Shown piece after piece: positions 13,715 to 23,928 of a stretch of DNA of 32,000 bases (its first letter is position 1; every line of letters starts with the position of its first letter). The stretch is from Crocosphaera subtropica ATCC 51142. GTDB lineage: Bacteria > Cyanobacteriota > Cyanobacteriia > Cyanobacteriales > Microcystaceae. The position numbers were made by a program, and so were the translations under genes. Below the pieces are notes generated by a model. That model was given only the letters and a program-made list of their open reading frames with translations, was not told the origin of the DNA and did not search any database. The stretch covers positions 1,260,001 to 1,292,000 of the forward strand of contig NC_010546.1 in the NCBI RefSeq assembly GCF_000017845.1. The letters are read 5' to 3'.

Positions 13715-14353
13715 TCAACCGATAAAAGAACAGAGATGAGCTAATTTACAATCTTGACAATTCGGCGTTCTGGCCTTACAAATTTGACGACCATGATAAA
13801 TAATACGAATGGAAAAGTTTTCCCAATCTTTTTGCGGTAATAAAGCCATTAAATCTTTTTCAATTTTAACAGGATCAGTGGCTTTTGTTAACCCTAATCG
13901 TTGACTTAATCGTTTAACGTGGGTATCCACTGTGACCCCTGCATTAATACCAAAAGCGTGGGCTAAGACCACATTAGCTGTTTTTCTGGCAACTCCAGGT
14001 AATAATAATAATTCTTCCATTGTTTGAGGAACTTGACCGTTAAAATCTGCAACAATTTTTTGACAAGCTCCTTGAATATTTTTAGCTTTATTCCGATAAA
14101 ATCCTGTAGAACGGATCCAGGTTTCTAATACCTCTCGATCTGCATTAGCTAACCCTTTAGCATCAGGAAACTGAGTAAATAATTCAGGGGTCACTTTATT
14201 GACCCGTTCATCTGTACATTGTGCCGATAGGATAGTCGCTACTAATAATTGAACCGGACTATCATAAGTTAAACTACAAGTGGCATCGGGATATAATTGT
14301 TTGAGAATTTTTAGTATTTCTAACGCTTTTTTTAGTTGATTGGGTGTTTTCAT
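13715..14353 (-). CDS. nth: Endonuclease III (DNA glycosylase / AP lyase)
   Basis: HhH-GPD region LLLLPGVARKTANVVL, catalytic ...VDTHVKR, and the C-terminal 4Fe-4S cluster loop CKARTPNCQDCKLAHLC (C-x6-C-x2-C-x5-C). Confidence 0.95.
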   Translation of the reverse strand: MKTPNQLKKALEILKILKQLYPDATCSLTYDSPVQLLVATILSAQCTDERVNKVTPELFTQFPDAKGLANADREVLETWIRSTGFYRNKAKNIQGACQKIVADFNGQVPQTMEELLLLPGVARKTANVVLAHAFGINAGVTVDTHVKRLSQRLGLTKATDPVKIEKDLMALLPQKDWENFSIRIIYHGRQICKARTPNCQDCKLAHLCSFIG

Positions 14354-14907
14354 GATAAAAACCTGAGTTTAGGTTAAAGGGGGGAAGAAATTCACTGGGA
14401 GGATAAGCTTCCCTGAAATGACTATGGGATAAAGTATATATTTTCCTTGTTACAAATAATTCATATCTAATTCACCTTGTTTTTTAGTCTTGCACAAGTA
14501 ACCTTTTGAACATCTTTTTATTTTCTGAGATACTAATATTACTCAAGTTCAATCATTTAAGTTCATCAATTCTTAATTTTAGTTGATCATTATCCTACAT
14601 TATAATATAATATTTTTACACTGTTTTTCAGATTTTAATAAATACATGAAAAATGGGTAAAAGTGTATTGGTTAGTTATTGGAAAGTCATGGAACTTTTA
14701 ATATTTTTAAATATCAATGTGCTTATGCTTGAAAACAAAAAACTTAGAAGATTTCATTAAAGATGTAGATAATCAATCGTTAAATAAAGATTTTTTTAGT
14801 AGTAGTATTACAAATAGCTGATATAGCTAGTCTATTTGGATCGTGAACGTTGGTCAGCTTTTATAACAATTAAAATAACTTTTTGATGAAATAAAGTAGG
14901 TAATATT

Positions 14908-15948
14908 TTGTATTTTAGTAACTTTGTAGGTGTAATTGCGCTGCTAATCGCCATTTATATTTTCTGGAAAATTCGCTTTATTATTCTGCTGACGTTTGCG
15001 GCAGTAGCCTTGGCAACGGCAGTTAATTATTTAGTTCAGTTATTGATGAAGTCAGGGCTAAAAAAGCGTAGTGTATCAATTGTTGTGGCTTTATTTCTAC
15101 TCTTGTTAATATTTGCAGTTTTTCTGTTGCTAATTTTTCCGCCATTTATCGATCAGGTACAACAATCCCTTTCCTTATTACCTCTGGCTGTAGATAGGAT
15201 TGAGGCTTGGTTAATGTGGTTGCAAGAAACAGTCCCAGAACAGCTTGTCGGAGAAATTCAAAAGCTAGAAAATCTGACTCGTGATTTACCCGGTATTGCC
15301 ACCCAGCTTGTCGGCAATTTCTATAGTATTTTTTCAGGTTCGTTGGGTGTTCTGTTAAATATTTTGCTGGTGACGGTGGTAATGATTATGCTACTTGCCA
15401 GTCCCAGGCCGTATATACGCTTATTTCTCGCTTTTTTCCCCTCTTTCTATCGTCGCCGCGCTGCCAAAATTCTCAAAAAAAGTGAGATTGCTTTAGTGGG
15501 GTGGACTAAGGGAATTTTGTTTAATATGCTGGTTATTACTCTTCTTAGCTGGTTTGGATTGAGCATTCTGCAAGTCAAACTTTCTCTAGCTAATGCGCTT
15601 TTGGCTGGCTTATTAACCTTTATTCCAAATTTAGGTCCTGTTTTAAGCTGTATTCCTCCAATTGTTTTGGCTTTAATCGATGCACCCTGGAAAGCGTTAG
15701 CCGTATTGATACTTTATATTCTAATTCAACAAGCAGAAAGTAATATCTTGACTCCTTTAGTAATGAAGCAACAGGTATCTTTATTACCGGCAGTGACTTT
15801 ACTCGCTCAAGCCTCATTTGCCATCTTTTTTGGTTTTATTGGTTTATTTTTGGCATTACCCTTAACTGTGGTGGCTCAGGTATGGATTGAAGAGGTCTTA
15901 ATTAAAGATATTTTAAGTAGCTGGAATAAAAACAAGCGATCGCTTTAA
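14908..15948 (+). CDS. AI-2E family transporter (PerM/YhhT-like, UPF0118)
   Basis: 346 aa with about 8 TM helices. The family-typical C-terminal half reads ...LLTFIPNLGPVLSCIPPIVLAL...ILYILIQQAESNILTPLVMKQQVSLLPAVTLL... The ORF can only start at TTG 14908, because an in-frame TGA lies at 14887. Confidence 0.85.
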   Translation: MYFSNFVGVIALLIAIYIFWKIRFIILLTFAAVALATAVNYLVQLLMKSGLKKRSVSIVVALFLLLLIFAVFLLLIFPPFIDQVQQSLSLLPLAVDRIEAWLMWLQETVPEQLVGEIQKLENLTRDLPGIATQLVGNFYSIFSGSLGVLLNILLVTVVMIMLLASPRPYIRLFLAFFPSFYRRRAAKILKKSEIALVGWTKGILFNMLVITLLSWFGLSILQVKLSLANALLAGLLTFIPNLGPVLSCIPPIVLALIDAPWKALAVLILYILIQQAESNILTPLVMKQQVSLLPAVTLLAQASFAIFFGFIGLFLALPLTVVAQVWIEEVLIKDILSSWNKNKRSL

Positions 15949-15961
15949 AGTCTGTTGACGT

Positions 15962-15992
15962 AAAAAAAGACGCGATCGCCCGCGCCTTTTTT
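15962..15992. terminator. Bidirectional intrinsic terminator between the convergent AI-2E transporter and ftsH genes
   Basis: AAAAAAA-GACGCG-ATCGCC-CGCGCC-TTTTTT: a GC stem with one mismatch, flanked by an A-run and a T-run, so it reads as hairpin plus U-tract on both strands. The stem and loop embed a HIP1 site. Confidence 0.6.
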
Positions 15993-16011
15993 CTATGGTT
16001 TCTAACCTAAC

Positions 16012-17898
16012 TTATAGCTGAGGCACAAACTGTTCTTTTTCAGGAACATGGGTGTATTCAGCCACAATTTGACGGAATTCTTCTCCATCGATGGTTTCTT
16101 TTTCAATCAATAATTCCACCAAGCGATCAATGACTTCACGGTTATCACGAATCAGTTGACGGGCGAGTTGATGGCCTTCTTCAGCTAAAGTACGAACTTG
16201 GCTATCAATCTTCATGGCCACTTCTTCAGAGTATTCTGCGCGGTTCATTAAACCACCCCCTAAGAATACTTCCCCGGAAGAACTTTCTAAAGAGAGCGGT
16301 CCTAACTCACTCATTCCGAAACGAGTTACCATCTGACGAGCCATTTCCGTCACCTGCTGTAAATCGCCACCAGCGCCGGTTGTTACCTCATCATAGCCAA
16401 ACACCTCTTCTTCGGCTGCACGACCCCCTAACGCACCAGCAATGCGGGCCATTAACTGTGCTTTGGTGGTTAGTCCTTGTTCTTCGTTAGGGGTAAACCA
16501 GGTTAACCCTTGGGCCTGTCCACGGGGAATTAAGGTCACTTTTTGCACCGGATCATGATCCTTAACTAACGTTCCGACGATCGCATGGCCAACTTCATGG
16601 TAAGCAATGAGACGCTTACTCTTGCTATCCACTAAAGGAGTACCTTCCATACCAGCAACCACCCGATCAACTGCATCGTCAATTTCGAGTAGGGTAATAG
16701 CTTCCTTGCGACGACGGGCTGTTAAAATGGCTGCTTCGTTGAGTAAGTTCGCTAAGTCTGCTCCACTAAACCCAGGGGTGCGACGAGCGATAGACTCAAT
16801 AGAGACATCCGGTGCTAATTTTTTATTGCGAGCGTGAACTTCTAGGATTTCGATCCGTCCTTTGAAATCAGGGGCATCGACAATTACCTGACGGTCAAAC
16901 CGGCCAGGACGCATTAGAGCAGAGTCAAGCACATCAGGGCGGTTAGTGGCAGCAATAATGATGATGCCGGTATTGCCTTCAAAACCGTCCATTTCCGTTA
17001 ATAACTGGTTTAAGGTTTGTTCCCGTTCGTCGTTACCGCCACCGATGCCAGCACCCCGTTGACGACCCACTGCGTCAATTTCATCGATAAAGATGAGACA
17101 GGGGGCGTTTTCTTTCGCTTTCTTGAATAAATCACGAACACGAGACGCACCCACACCGACGAACATTTCTACGAACTCAGACCCAGAAATGCTGAAGAAA
17201 GGTACGCCAGCTTCTCCTGCGATCGCCTTAGCTAATAAGGTTTTACCGGTTCCAGGAGGTCCTACTAATAATACCCCTTTAGGAATGCGTGCGCCAACAG
17301 CAGTGAAGCGTTCTGGTTGTTTTAAGAAGGTAACAACTTCTTGTAATTCTTCTTTGGCTTCATCGATGCCGGCCACATCATCGAACATAATACCGGTTTT
17401 GGCTTCCATTTGGAAACGGGCTTTAGATTTACCAAAATTCATGGCCTGTCCTGGTCCACCGGGTAAATTACTCGAACGACGGAACAGGAAGAATAAAGCA
17501 CCAATGAGGAGAATAGGGAATAATAAATTGCCCAAAAAGCCCCATAACGCTCCTTCATTACGAACAGGGTGAGATTCTAATTGAACATCAGACTTCCGTA
17601 ACTTGGCCACTAAGTCGGGGGCGTTCATGGGAAGATCCACCCGTGATCTTTGGACTCGATCTTCAATTTCAGGATCTACAGCTTGTACAATAGCGGTGCG
17701 TCCGCCTTCATAGAGATCCACACTCAGGATACGACCCGAATCTAAGTATTCTAGAAAACGTCCGTAAGTCATACGGGTGTTAGCGGTATTGTTTCCCATT
17801 TGGGTCGAAGCCGAAGGAAATGCCCCTTGCCAGAGGAAAAAACCCACCACTAATAGTGGTACAGTCCAGAGTAATAGGGTTCTCCAAGATATTTTCAT
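16012..17898 (-). CDS. ftsH: ATP-dependent zinc metalloprotease FtsH (closest in my memory to the cyanobacterial FtsH2/slr0228 type)
   Basis: Two N-terminal TM helices, Walker A GPPGTGKT, Walker [13 protein letters not shown] ...[19 protein letters not shown], and zinc site HEVGHA. The N-terminus [25 protein letters not shown] and C-terminus ...[17 protein letters not shown] closely resemble Synechocystis FtsH2 as I recall it. Confidence 0.97.
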   Translation of the reverse strand: MKISWRTLLLWTVPLLVVGFFLWQGAFPSASTQMGNNTANTRMTYGRFLEYLDSGRILSVDLYEGGRTAIVQAVDPEIEDRVQRSRVDLPMNAPDLVAKLRKSDVQLESHPVRNEGALWGFLGNLLFPILLIGALFFLFRRSSNLPGGPGQAMNFGKSKARFQMEAKTGIMFDDVAGIDEAKEELQEVVTFLKQPERFTAVGARIPKGVLLVGPPGTGKTLLAKAIAGEAGVPFFSISGSEFVEMFVGVGASRVRDLFKKAKENAPCLIFIDEIDAVGRQRGAGIGGGNDEREQTLNQLLTEMDGFEGNTGIIIIAATNRPDVLDSALMRPGRFDRQVIVDAPDFKGRIEILEVHARNKKLAPDVSIESIARRTPGFSGADLANLLNEAAILTARRRKEAITLLEIDDAVDRVVAGMEGTPLVDSKSKRLIAYHEVGHAIVGTLVKDHDPVQKVTLIPRGQAQGLTWFTPNEEQGLTTKAQLMARIAGALGGRAAEEEVFGYDEVTTGAGGDLQQVTEMARQMVTRFGMSELGPLSLESSSGEVFLGGGLMNRAEYSEEVAMKIDSQVRTLAEEGHQLARQLIRDNREVIDRLVELLIEKETIDGEEFRQIVAEYTHVPEKEQFVPQL

Positions 17899-18089
17899 AG
17901 GTTAAAGTTTCTCGTAAGTTATCAAAAATTGGTTTCTTTAATACAAAATACTTCTTTTGTCAAGAAGGTAAAGATAAAACATCGGAATTTTGCCTAAATA
18001 ACAAATCCAACTTAACTAAATTTAACGTAATTCTCAGATTAGTTGCAAGTTTTTCCGATTTCTCTGTCCCCATGACCCCATTACCATAA

Positions 18090-18656
<567 letters not shown>

Positions 18657-18667
18657 ATTAATGATTA

Positions 18668-18688
18668 GGTGGGCTTAGTTTGCCCACC
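18668..18688 (+). terminator. Short hairpin GGTGGGC-TTAGTTT-GCCCACC, 12 nt after the pentapeptide gene stop and 29 nt before purK
   Basis: A 7-bp GC-rich stem read from the sequence, with no U-tract after it. It shares the TTTGCCCACC/GGTGGGC core with the 12422-12471 hairpin. Confidence 0.3.
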
Positions 18689-18716
18689 AACATGACCACT
18701 ACTAAGTTGATAGATA

Positions 18717-19844
18717 ATGAATAAGAAGCGTGTTGGTGTTATTGGTGGGGGTCAACTGGCTTGGATGATGGCCACCGCTACGGAAAAATTAGGCATCGAT
18801 TTATTGATACAAACGCCCCATAAGGATGATCCCGCCGTAGCGATCGCCCATGAAGTGATTTTTGCCCCTATTGAGGATGCTAAGGCTACCCAACAATTAG
18901 CCGAAAAATGCGATGTTATTACCTTTGAAAACGAATTTATTGATTTAGAAGCCTTAGAAAAATTAGAAAGTCATGGGGTTAATTTTCGTCCTAAATTATC
19001 AGCATTATCTCCTTTATTAGATAAATATCAACAACGAAATTATTTAAAAAGCATCAATATTCCCGTTCCAAAATTTACCACTTTAGAAAGATCATCATCT
19101 AGTAAGTTTGATTTTCCTTTGGTCATTAAAGCCCGTCGTCATGGTTACGATGGTCAAGGGACTTTTATTATTAAGAATTCAGAAGAATTAAACAACCTAT
19201 TAAAAAAGGTCAATAATATCCCTTTAATGGTAGAAGAACATATTTCTTTTGAGCGAGAATTAGCTATTATGGTTGCCCGTAATACGAAGGGAGAAATTGT
19301 TACCTATCCAGTGGTAGAAACCTATCAAAAAGAACAAGTTTGCCATTGGGTTATTGCTCCTGCAAATATTTCTGAAACGATACAATTAGAAGCAAAAAAA
19401 ATAGCAGGACATTTAGTGAGTCACTTAGATGTGGTTGGTATTTTTGGAATTGAATTCTTTTTAACGGCAGAAGGTAAATTATTAGTTAATGAAATTGCCC
19501 CCAGAACCCATAACTCCGGTCATTATACCCTAGATACTTGTGATATTTCTCAGTTTGAAATGCAGTTAAGAGCAGTAACCAATCAGCCCCTAGGTTCAAC
19601 AGAATTAAACTGTTTAGGTGCTGTGATGGTGAACTTATTAGGCTATGAAAATTCCCATCATGATTATCAAATAAAACGCCAGAAAATGGCTAATCTTTCT
19701 AATACTTATGTTCATTGGTATGGGAAAATGGAATCTCGTCCAGGTCGAAAATTAGGTCATGTCACTAGGTTGATTCATGATAATAAAATAGCTCCAGAAA
19801 GTATGGCTAAAGAAATAGAATCAATTTGGTACGGTGACAATTAA
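18717..19844 (+). CDS. purK: N5-carboxyaminoimidazole ribonucleotide synthase
   Basis: ATP-grasp enzyme with N-terminal VGVIGGGQLAWMM, ...KARRHGYDGQGTF..., ...VNEIAPRTHNSGHYT... and the C-terminal ...GRKLGHVT motif typical of PurK. Confidence 0.95.
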   Translation: MNKKRVGVIGGGQLAWMMATATEKLGIDLLIQTPHKDDPAVAIAHEVIFAPIEDAKATQQLAEKCDVITFENEFIDLEALEKLESHGVNFRPKLSALSPLLDKYQQRNYLKSINIPVPKFTTLERSSSSKFDFPLVIKARRHGYDGQGTFIIKNSEELNNLLKKVNNIPLMVEEHISFERELAIMVARNTKGEIVTYPVVETYQKEQVCHWVIAPANISETIQLEAKKIAGHLVSHLDVVGIFGIEFFLTAEGKLLVNEIAPRTHNSGHYTLDTCDISQFEMQLRAVTNQPLGSTELNCLGAVMVNLLGYENSHHDYQIKRQKMANLSNTYVHWYGKMESRPGRKLGHVTRLIHDNKIAPESMAKEIESIWYGDN

Positions 19845-19899
19845 TAATATAAGCATTCAGCCGTCAGCTAAATGCTTACTTAATAAGTATAAAAATATA

Positions 19900-20388
19900 A
19901 TGATAAAACCTAATCCTTGGGGAAATTATCAAACCCATTGTCACTGGATGAGACAAGCCTTACAATTAGCCAACAAAGCAGCAGAATTAGGGGATGTTCC
20001 CGTCGGTGCAGTGATTATTAATCATCAGAACAATATCATTGCTGAGGGCTATAATAGTAAAGAACAAAATCATGATCCCACTGGCCACGCAGAAATCATG
20101 GCTATCCATCGAGCTAGTGAAATACTGCAATCTTGGCACTTGGAAGAATGTACCCTATACGTTACTCTAGAACCCTGTATAATGTGCGCTGGTGCCATTA
20201 TTCAATCTCGATTAGGATTATTGGTGTATGGGCTGGATGATCCCAAATCAGGAAGTATTCGTACTGTGTTAAATTTACCCGATAGTGCTGCCTCCAATCA
20301 TCGTCTGTCAGTGCTGTCAGGTATCCTCGAAGATGAATGTCGTCAACAGTTACGAGACTGGTTTACAGACAAAAGAGAAAAAAATTGA
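19900..20388 (+). CDS. tadA: tRNA adenosine(34) deaminase
   Basis: CMP/dCMP deaminase zinc motifs HAEIMAI and PCIMCAGAI, with VPVGAVII upstream. The track ORF begins at 19834 and overlaps the purK end. The conserved core starts near WMRQALQLA, so ATG 19900 (MIKPNPW...) is the more likely start. Confidence 0.9.
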   Translation: MIKPNPWGNYQTHCHWMRQALQLANKAAELGDVPVGAVIINHQNNIIAEGYNSKEQNHDPTGHAEIMAIHRASEILQSWHLEECTLYVTLEPCIMCAGAIIQSRLGLLVYGLDDPKSGSIRTVLNLPDSAASNHRLSVLSGILEDECRQQLRDWFTDKREKN

Positions 20389-20393
20389 AGTTT

Positions 20394-20417
20394 GGAGGTT
20401 TTTTGACAAAAATCTCC
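20394..20417 (+). terminator. Hairpin directly after the tadA stop
   Basis: GGAGGTTTTT-TGAC-AAAAATCTCC: a 10-bp stem with one mismatch, starting 6 nt after the stop codon. It is AT-rich and lacks a clean trailing U-tract. Confidence 0.35.
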
Positions 20418-20816
20418 TGATTAGGAAACCTTTTACTCTGTTAAATCAGTCATCAATTTACGATGCGATCGCTTGACTGAGTTAGTCGCTATCCTTGCTC
20501 CTCACTTAAACTAATCAATGTTTGAGCAATTATTAGGATCTTCAATTCATTGATCTTACATCTCTGGGAACTAGCTAGAGTAATGTAAAGCTTGTAGCGT
20601 TATTGATTAGTATTTTTTATAAAATAGCCAAAAATTGGTTTTTGCTGTTTATTTTTGTTAAGATTAAACCGTAATGTTTTAAAAAAGTGTTGGTGTTGAT
20701 GGGTAAAATCTTTAATAACCATACTATAGCCATCAATATAAACAGGAGGTTTAATAAATAATTAATAGAAACCTAACAAAGAAACAGGAGACAATTGGAC
20801 AAGGCAGTAAAACTCA

Positions 20817-21659
20817 TTGAGTAATCATCATAGCACTGTGAAAACTTTTCTATTATTAGCATCTTTATCAATCACTCAGGTATTGGGGGACATCCTTCTG
20901 AGTCGAGGAATGAAAGATTTTGTCGGTTTCGATTTTTCTAGTCCAACTATTATTTTTTACTTAATAGCCCATATTTTAACGAATTATTGGATTTTGATGG
21001 GCTTAGGAATACTCGTTATTTCTCTGAGTCTTTATCTTAGTGCCATTTCTAAATTAGACCTTAGTTATGTTTTACCCATTCATGCTTCTAGTTATGTTTT
21101 AAATGGATTATTTGCTTGGGCTATTTTAGGAGAAGATGTTACTGGAATGCGCTGGTTAAGCACATTGATTATCTCTTGTGGCGTTTTATTTGTCGGGTTA
21201 AGTGATAGTCAAACCTCGCAATTTTCTGAAGATTATCACAGTAATATTAAGTCTCGTAATCTGCCATTATTTTTCTTGCCCTTTAGCTTAGCCGTTTCCA
21301 AAACTTGGTTAGCGATTATGATTAGTTCTGTCTCAGATGCTAGTGGGGACGTACTTTTAGCCCTTGGCATGAAAAAAATAGGGGAACTGAAAAAAATCAC
21401 GTTTTTAGAAGTGACTAAAATGGTCATTAAAGTGATCACTAATCCCATTATCATTAGTGGAATTGCTTGTCAAGGCATTGCCTTTTTTAGTTTCATCTCT
21501 GTCTTGAGTTGGGCAGATATTAGCTTTGTTCGTCCAGCCACAGCGTTAACTTATATTATCAGTATGTTAGGGGCGAGATTTCTCTTGAAAGAAGATATTA
21601 GAGAACAGAAACTATGGGGTATTGTTTTGATTGGACTAGGAGTATTTATACATCGTTAA
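20817..21659 (+). CDS. DMT-superfamily (EamA-like) membrane permease
   Basis: About 9-10 TM helices arranged as two similar halves (...VLGDILLSRGMK... and ...ASGDVLLALGMKK...), the duplicated EamA architecture. The start is ambiguous: TTG 20817 or GTG 20838. Confidence 0.7.
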   Translation: MSNHHSTVKTFLLLASLSITQVLGDILLSRGMKDFVGFDFSSPTIIFYLIAHILTNYWILMGLGILVISLSLYLSAISKLDLSYVLPIHASSYVLNGLFAWAILGEDVTGMRWLSTLIISCGVLFVGLSDSQTSQFSEDYHSNIKSRNLPLFFLPFSLAVSKTWLAIMISSVSDASGDVLLALGMKKIGELKKITFLEVTKMVIKVITNPIIISGIACQGIAFFSFISVLSWADISFVRPATALTYIISMLGARFLLKEDIREQKLWGIVLIGLGVFIHR

Positions 21660-21999
21660 GTAGGATTTATCGGTTAGATTAGATATATTTTCCTGTTTTA
21701 CGTTGCCTTCTTCAAGGGATAGAAATGTCAATTAGTATCTGAAAAACCTAAGTATTTATGCTTGGGTTTTCTATTTGAGGCAGTTTTTATAACAAAAACT
21801 AAGTTTTATTAAAAGCAATGATTAACATCTCATATCACTAAACCAAAAAATAGGCTAAATGGGTTGAGGAGTAGAAATAGATGGGAGGTCAAGGGATAAG
21901 ACACGAGAAAAAAACGCTAACTTTTGTCTCTTTTCTAGTGACTTAATGGTTAATCTTCGGCTATAATCACCCTCAGTCAGAATTGTCTATCAATTAACA

Positions 22000-22281
22000 A
22001 TGAATAAAGAAGAACTCGTCAATATGATTGCAGCTAAGACTCGTCTTACTAAAAAAGAAACGAGTCACATCCTTGATGCACTCACAGATACGATTATGGA
22101 AACCGTTGCCGATGGGGATAAAGTGGTTTTAGTTGGTTTTGGAACTTTTGAACCTAGAGACAGAAAAGAACGTAAAGGAATGAATCCCCAAACCGGACAA
22201 CCCATTACTATTCCAGCAACAACTGTTCCCGCATTCTCAGCCGGCAAACTCTTTAAAGAAAAAGTAGTAGAGTCTTTATAA
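22000..22281 (+). CDS. hup: Histone-like DNA-binding protein HU
   Basis: MNKEELVNMIAAKTRLTKKETSHILDALTDTIMETVADGDKVVLVGFGTFEPRDRKERKGMNPQTGQPITIPATTVPAFSAGKLFKEKV is the canonical HU/IHF fold signature, including the GFGTFE...R.GRNP.TG arm. Confidence 0.96.
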   Translation: MNKEELVNMIAAKTRLTKKETSHILDALTDTIMETVADGDKVVLVGFGTFEPRDRKERKGMNPQTGQPITIPATTVPAFSAGKLFKEKVVESL

Positions 22282-22332
22282 CTCAGTTTAATGACCAAGG
22301 CTATAAAAGCTGTTTTCAGCTTAATGTTATTA

Positions 22333-22370
22333 GGATTCCCCAAACCTTTTAAATTGGGGAATTCTTTTTT
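22333..22370 (+). terminator. Intrinsic terminator of hup
   Basis: GGATTCCCCAA (22333-22343) pairs with TTGGGGAATTC (22354-22364) with one G-U pair, around a 10-nt loop. TTTTTT follows at 22365-22370. Confidence 0.7.
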
Positions 22371-22427
22371 CTCTAAATTAATTAGAAGATATGATTAGTT
22401 AAAATCATCTGTAAGGAGTCACTTACC

Positions 22428-23471
22428 GTGCATCTGACAGCTAACCATCGTGTCGTTATTTTACTCCATGAAGGAATTAAAGGAACTCATGGAAAAACAG
22501 GACTCGCTTATTTACGTTACGGACAAGGTGCGATCGCTGCTGTGATTGATGCAGACTGTGCAGGACAATCTGTGCAAGAAGTAACAGGTATTGCCAAGGA
22601 TATTCCCATCGTATCGAATATTCAAGCAGCCTTAGCTTACAATCCCGATGTTTTACTGATAGGGATTGCCCCTTCTGGGGGAATTTTACCCGATGCGTGG
22701 TTAGAAGAGATCAAAGAAGGGGTTAAGGCAGGCTTATCGGTGGTAAATGGCTTACACACCCCTTTAGCACCTTATTTTAAAAGTCTACAACCGAAACAGT
22801 GGATTTGGGATATTCGTCAGGAACCGTCTGGGTTAAGTATTGGGTTAGGCAAAGCGCGAGCCCTCGGTTGTCAACGGATTTTAACCGTTGGGACTGATAT
22901 GTCGGTGGGTAAAATGTCCACCAGTTTAGAATGTCACAGGGCTGCTCAAAAACGGGGCATAAACTCCAAATTTTTAGGGACGGGACAAGGAGGGATCATG
23001 ATTTCTGGAGAGGGTATTCCTTTAGATGCTGTGCGGGTGGACTTTGCGGCCGGGGCGGTAGAAAAGATGGTTTTAGAAGCGGCCAATCATTATGATGTGT
23101 TATGGATCGAGGGACAAGGTTCCTTGCTCCACCCAGGATCAACGGCCACTTTACCCTTAATCAGAGGAAGTCAACCCACAGCCTTAATTTTAGTCCATCG
23201 TGTCGGACAAACAACGATTCAACACGCACCGAATGTTTCAATCCCTCCTTTACCAGACGTGATAGAACTGTATGAAACGGTAGCTCAGGTGGGAGGGGCA
23301 ACTGACGAGGTTAAAGTAAAAGCGATCGCCCTGAATACCTTTCATCTAGACCCAAAGGAAGCTCAAAAGGCTATAGATAAGATTCAACAGATGACAGGAC
23401 TCCCCTGTAGCGATGTAGTGAGGTTTGGAGGCGATCGCCTTATAGAGCGTCTATTACCTGATCTAGTTTAG
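22428..23471 (+). CDS. DUF1611 family protein (DgcN-like putative N-acetyltransferase)
   Basis: GTG start. Family-typical blocks are GKTGLAYLRYG, LLIGIAPSGGILP, VVNGLHTPL, ILTVGTDMSVGKMSTSLE, FLGTGQGGIMISG.GIPLDAVRVDFAAGAVE and IEGQGSLLHPGST. Confidence 0.8.
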   Translation: MHLTANHRVVILLHEGIKGTHGKTGLAYLRYGQGAIAAVIDADCAGQSVQEVTGIAKDIPIVSNIQAALAYNPDVLLIGIAPSGGILPDAWLEEIKEGVKAGLSVVNGLHTPLAPYFKSLQPKQWIWDIRQEPSGLSIGLGKARALGCQRILTVGTDMSVGKMSTSLECHRAAQKRGINSKFLGTGQGGIMISGEGIPLDAVRVDFAAGAVEKMVLEAANHYDVLWIEGQGSLLHPGSTATLPLIRGSQPTALILVHRVGQTTIQHAPNVSIPPLPDVIELYETVAQVGGATDEVKVKAIALNTFHLDPKEAQKAIDKIQQMTGLPCSDVVRFGGDRLIERLLPDLV

Positions 23472-23928
23472 GGGTTTGTTTGTGCTTTAAAACTCCTTTT
23501 TATCCCAATTCTCAAAAGTTACTAGAGACTTAATTAATATTCTTTTTGCTTTATCTCCTCTGCTCCCTCTGCTGACCTCAACTAATAATCTCTATTGTTA
23601 ATAAAGAGAATTGGTATTACCTGTTAGTAATTTCCATCATGATAGTCAAAGATTTTCTGAAGTGAGTGTCAATTACTTCGGAGGATATAGTTAGGCAATA
23701 GAGAGTTAGAGAAGGGATAGACTGGTACAATTACGAATTTAATCGAAAATTTCTCGAAGTTTTTCGGCAATATGTTCAGAATAAGAAATTTTTGGGAACT
23801 TTAAAATTAGCAAATAGGCCAGGAAAAAAGCGATATCAATGGGGATATCAGCTAAAGTAAACATTGATTTACTGATCAATTTGGTTATATTTGCGTAGTT
23901 TCTCCAAACCTCAAGTTAGTGGGATTTT

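Noticed and set aside
16607-17572. Track ORFs 16607..16837(+) and 17093..17572(+)
   Set aside because: They are antisense to the highly conserved ftsH coding sequence. The Ala/Ser/Arg/Pro-rich translations are typical of shadow frames in the relatively GC-rich parts of a gene.
22065-22343. 92-aa minus-strand ORF overlapping hup
   Set aside because: It is antisense to the canonical HU gene and runs through the hup terminator hairpin.
23739-23864. 41-aa minus-strand ORF (MFTLADIPIDIAFFLAYLLILKFPKISYSEHIAEKLREIFD) in the spacer upstream of the GAF gene
   Set aside because: It has one hydrophobic helix but no visible ribosome-binding site and no family I recognise. The ORF is short enough to arise by chance. 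Worth a look only if ribosome profiling or conservation supports it.
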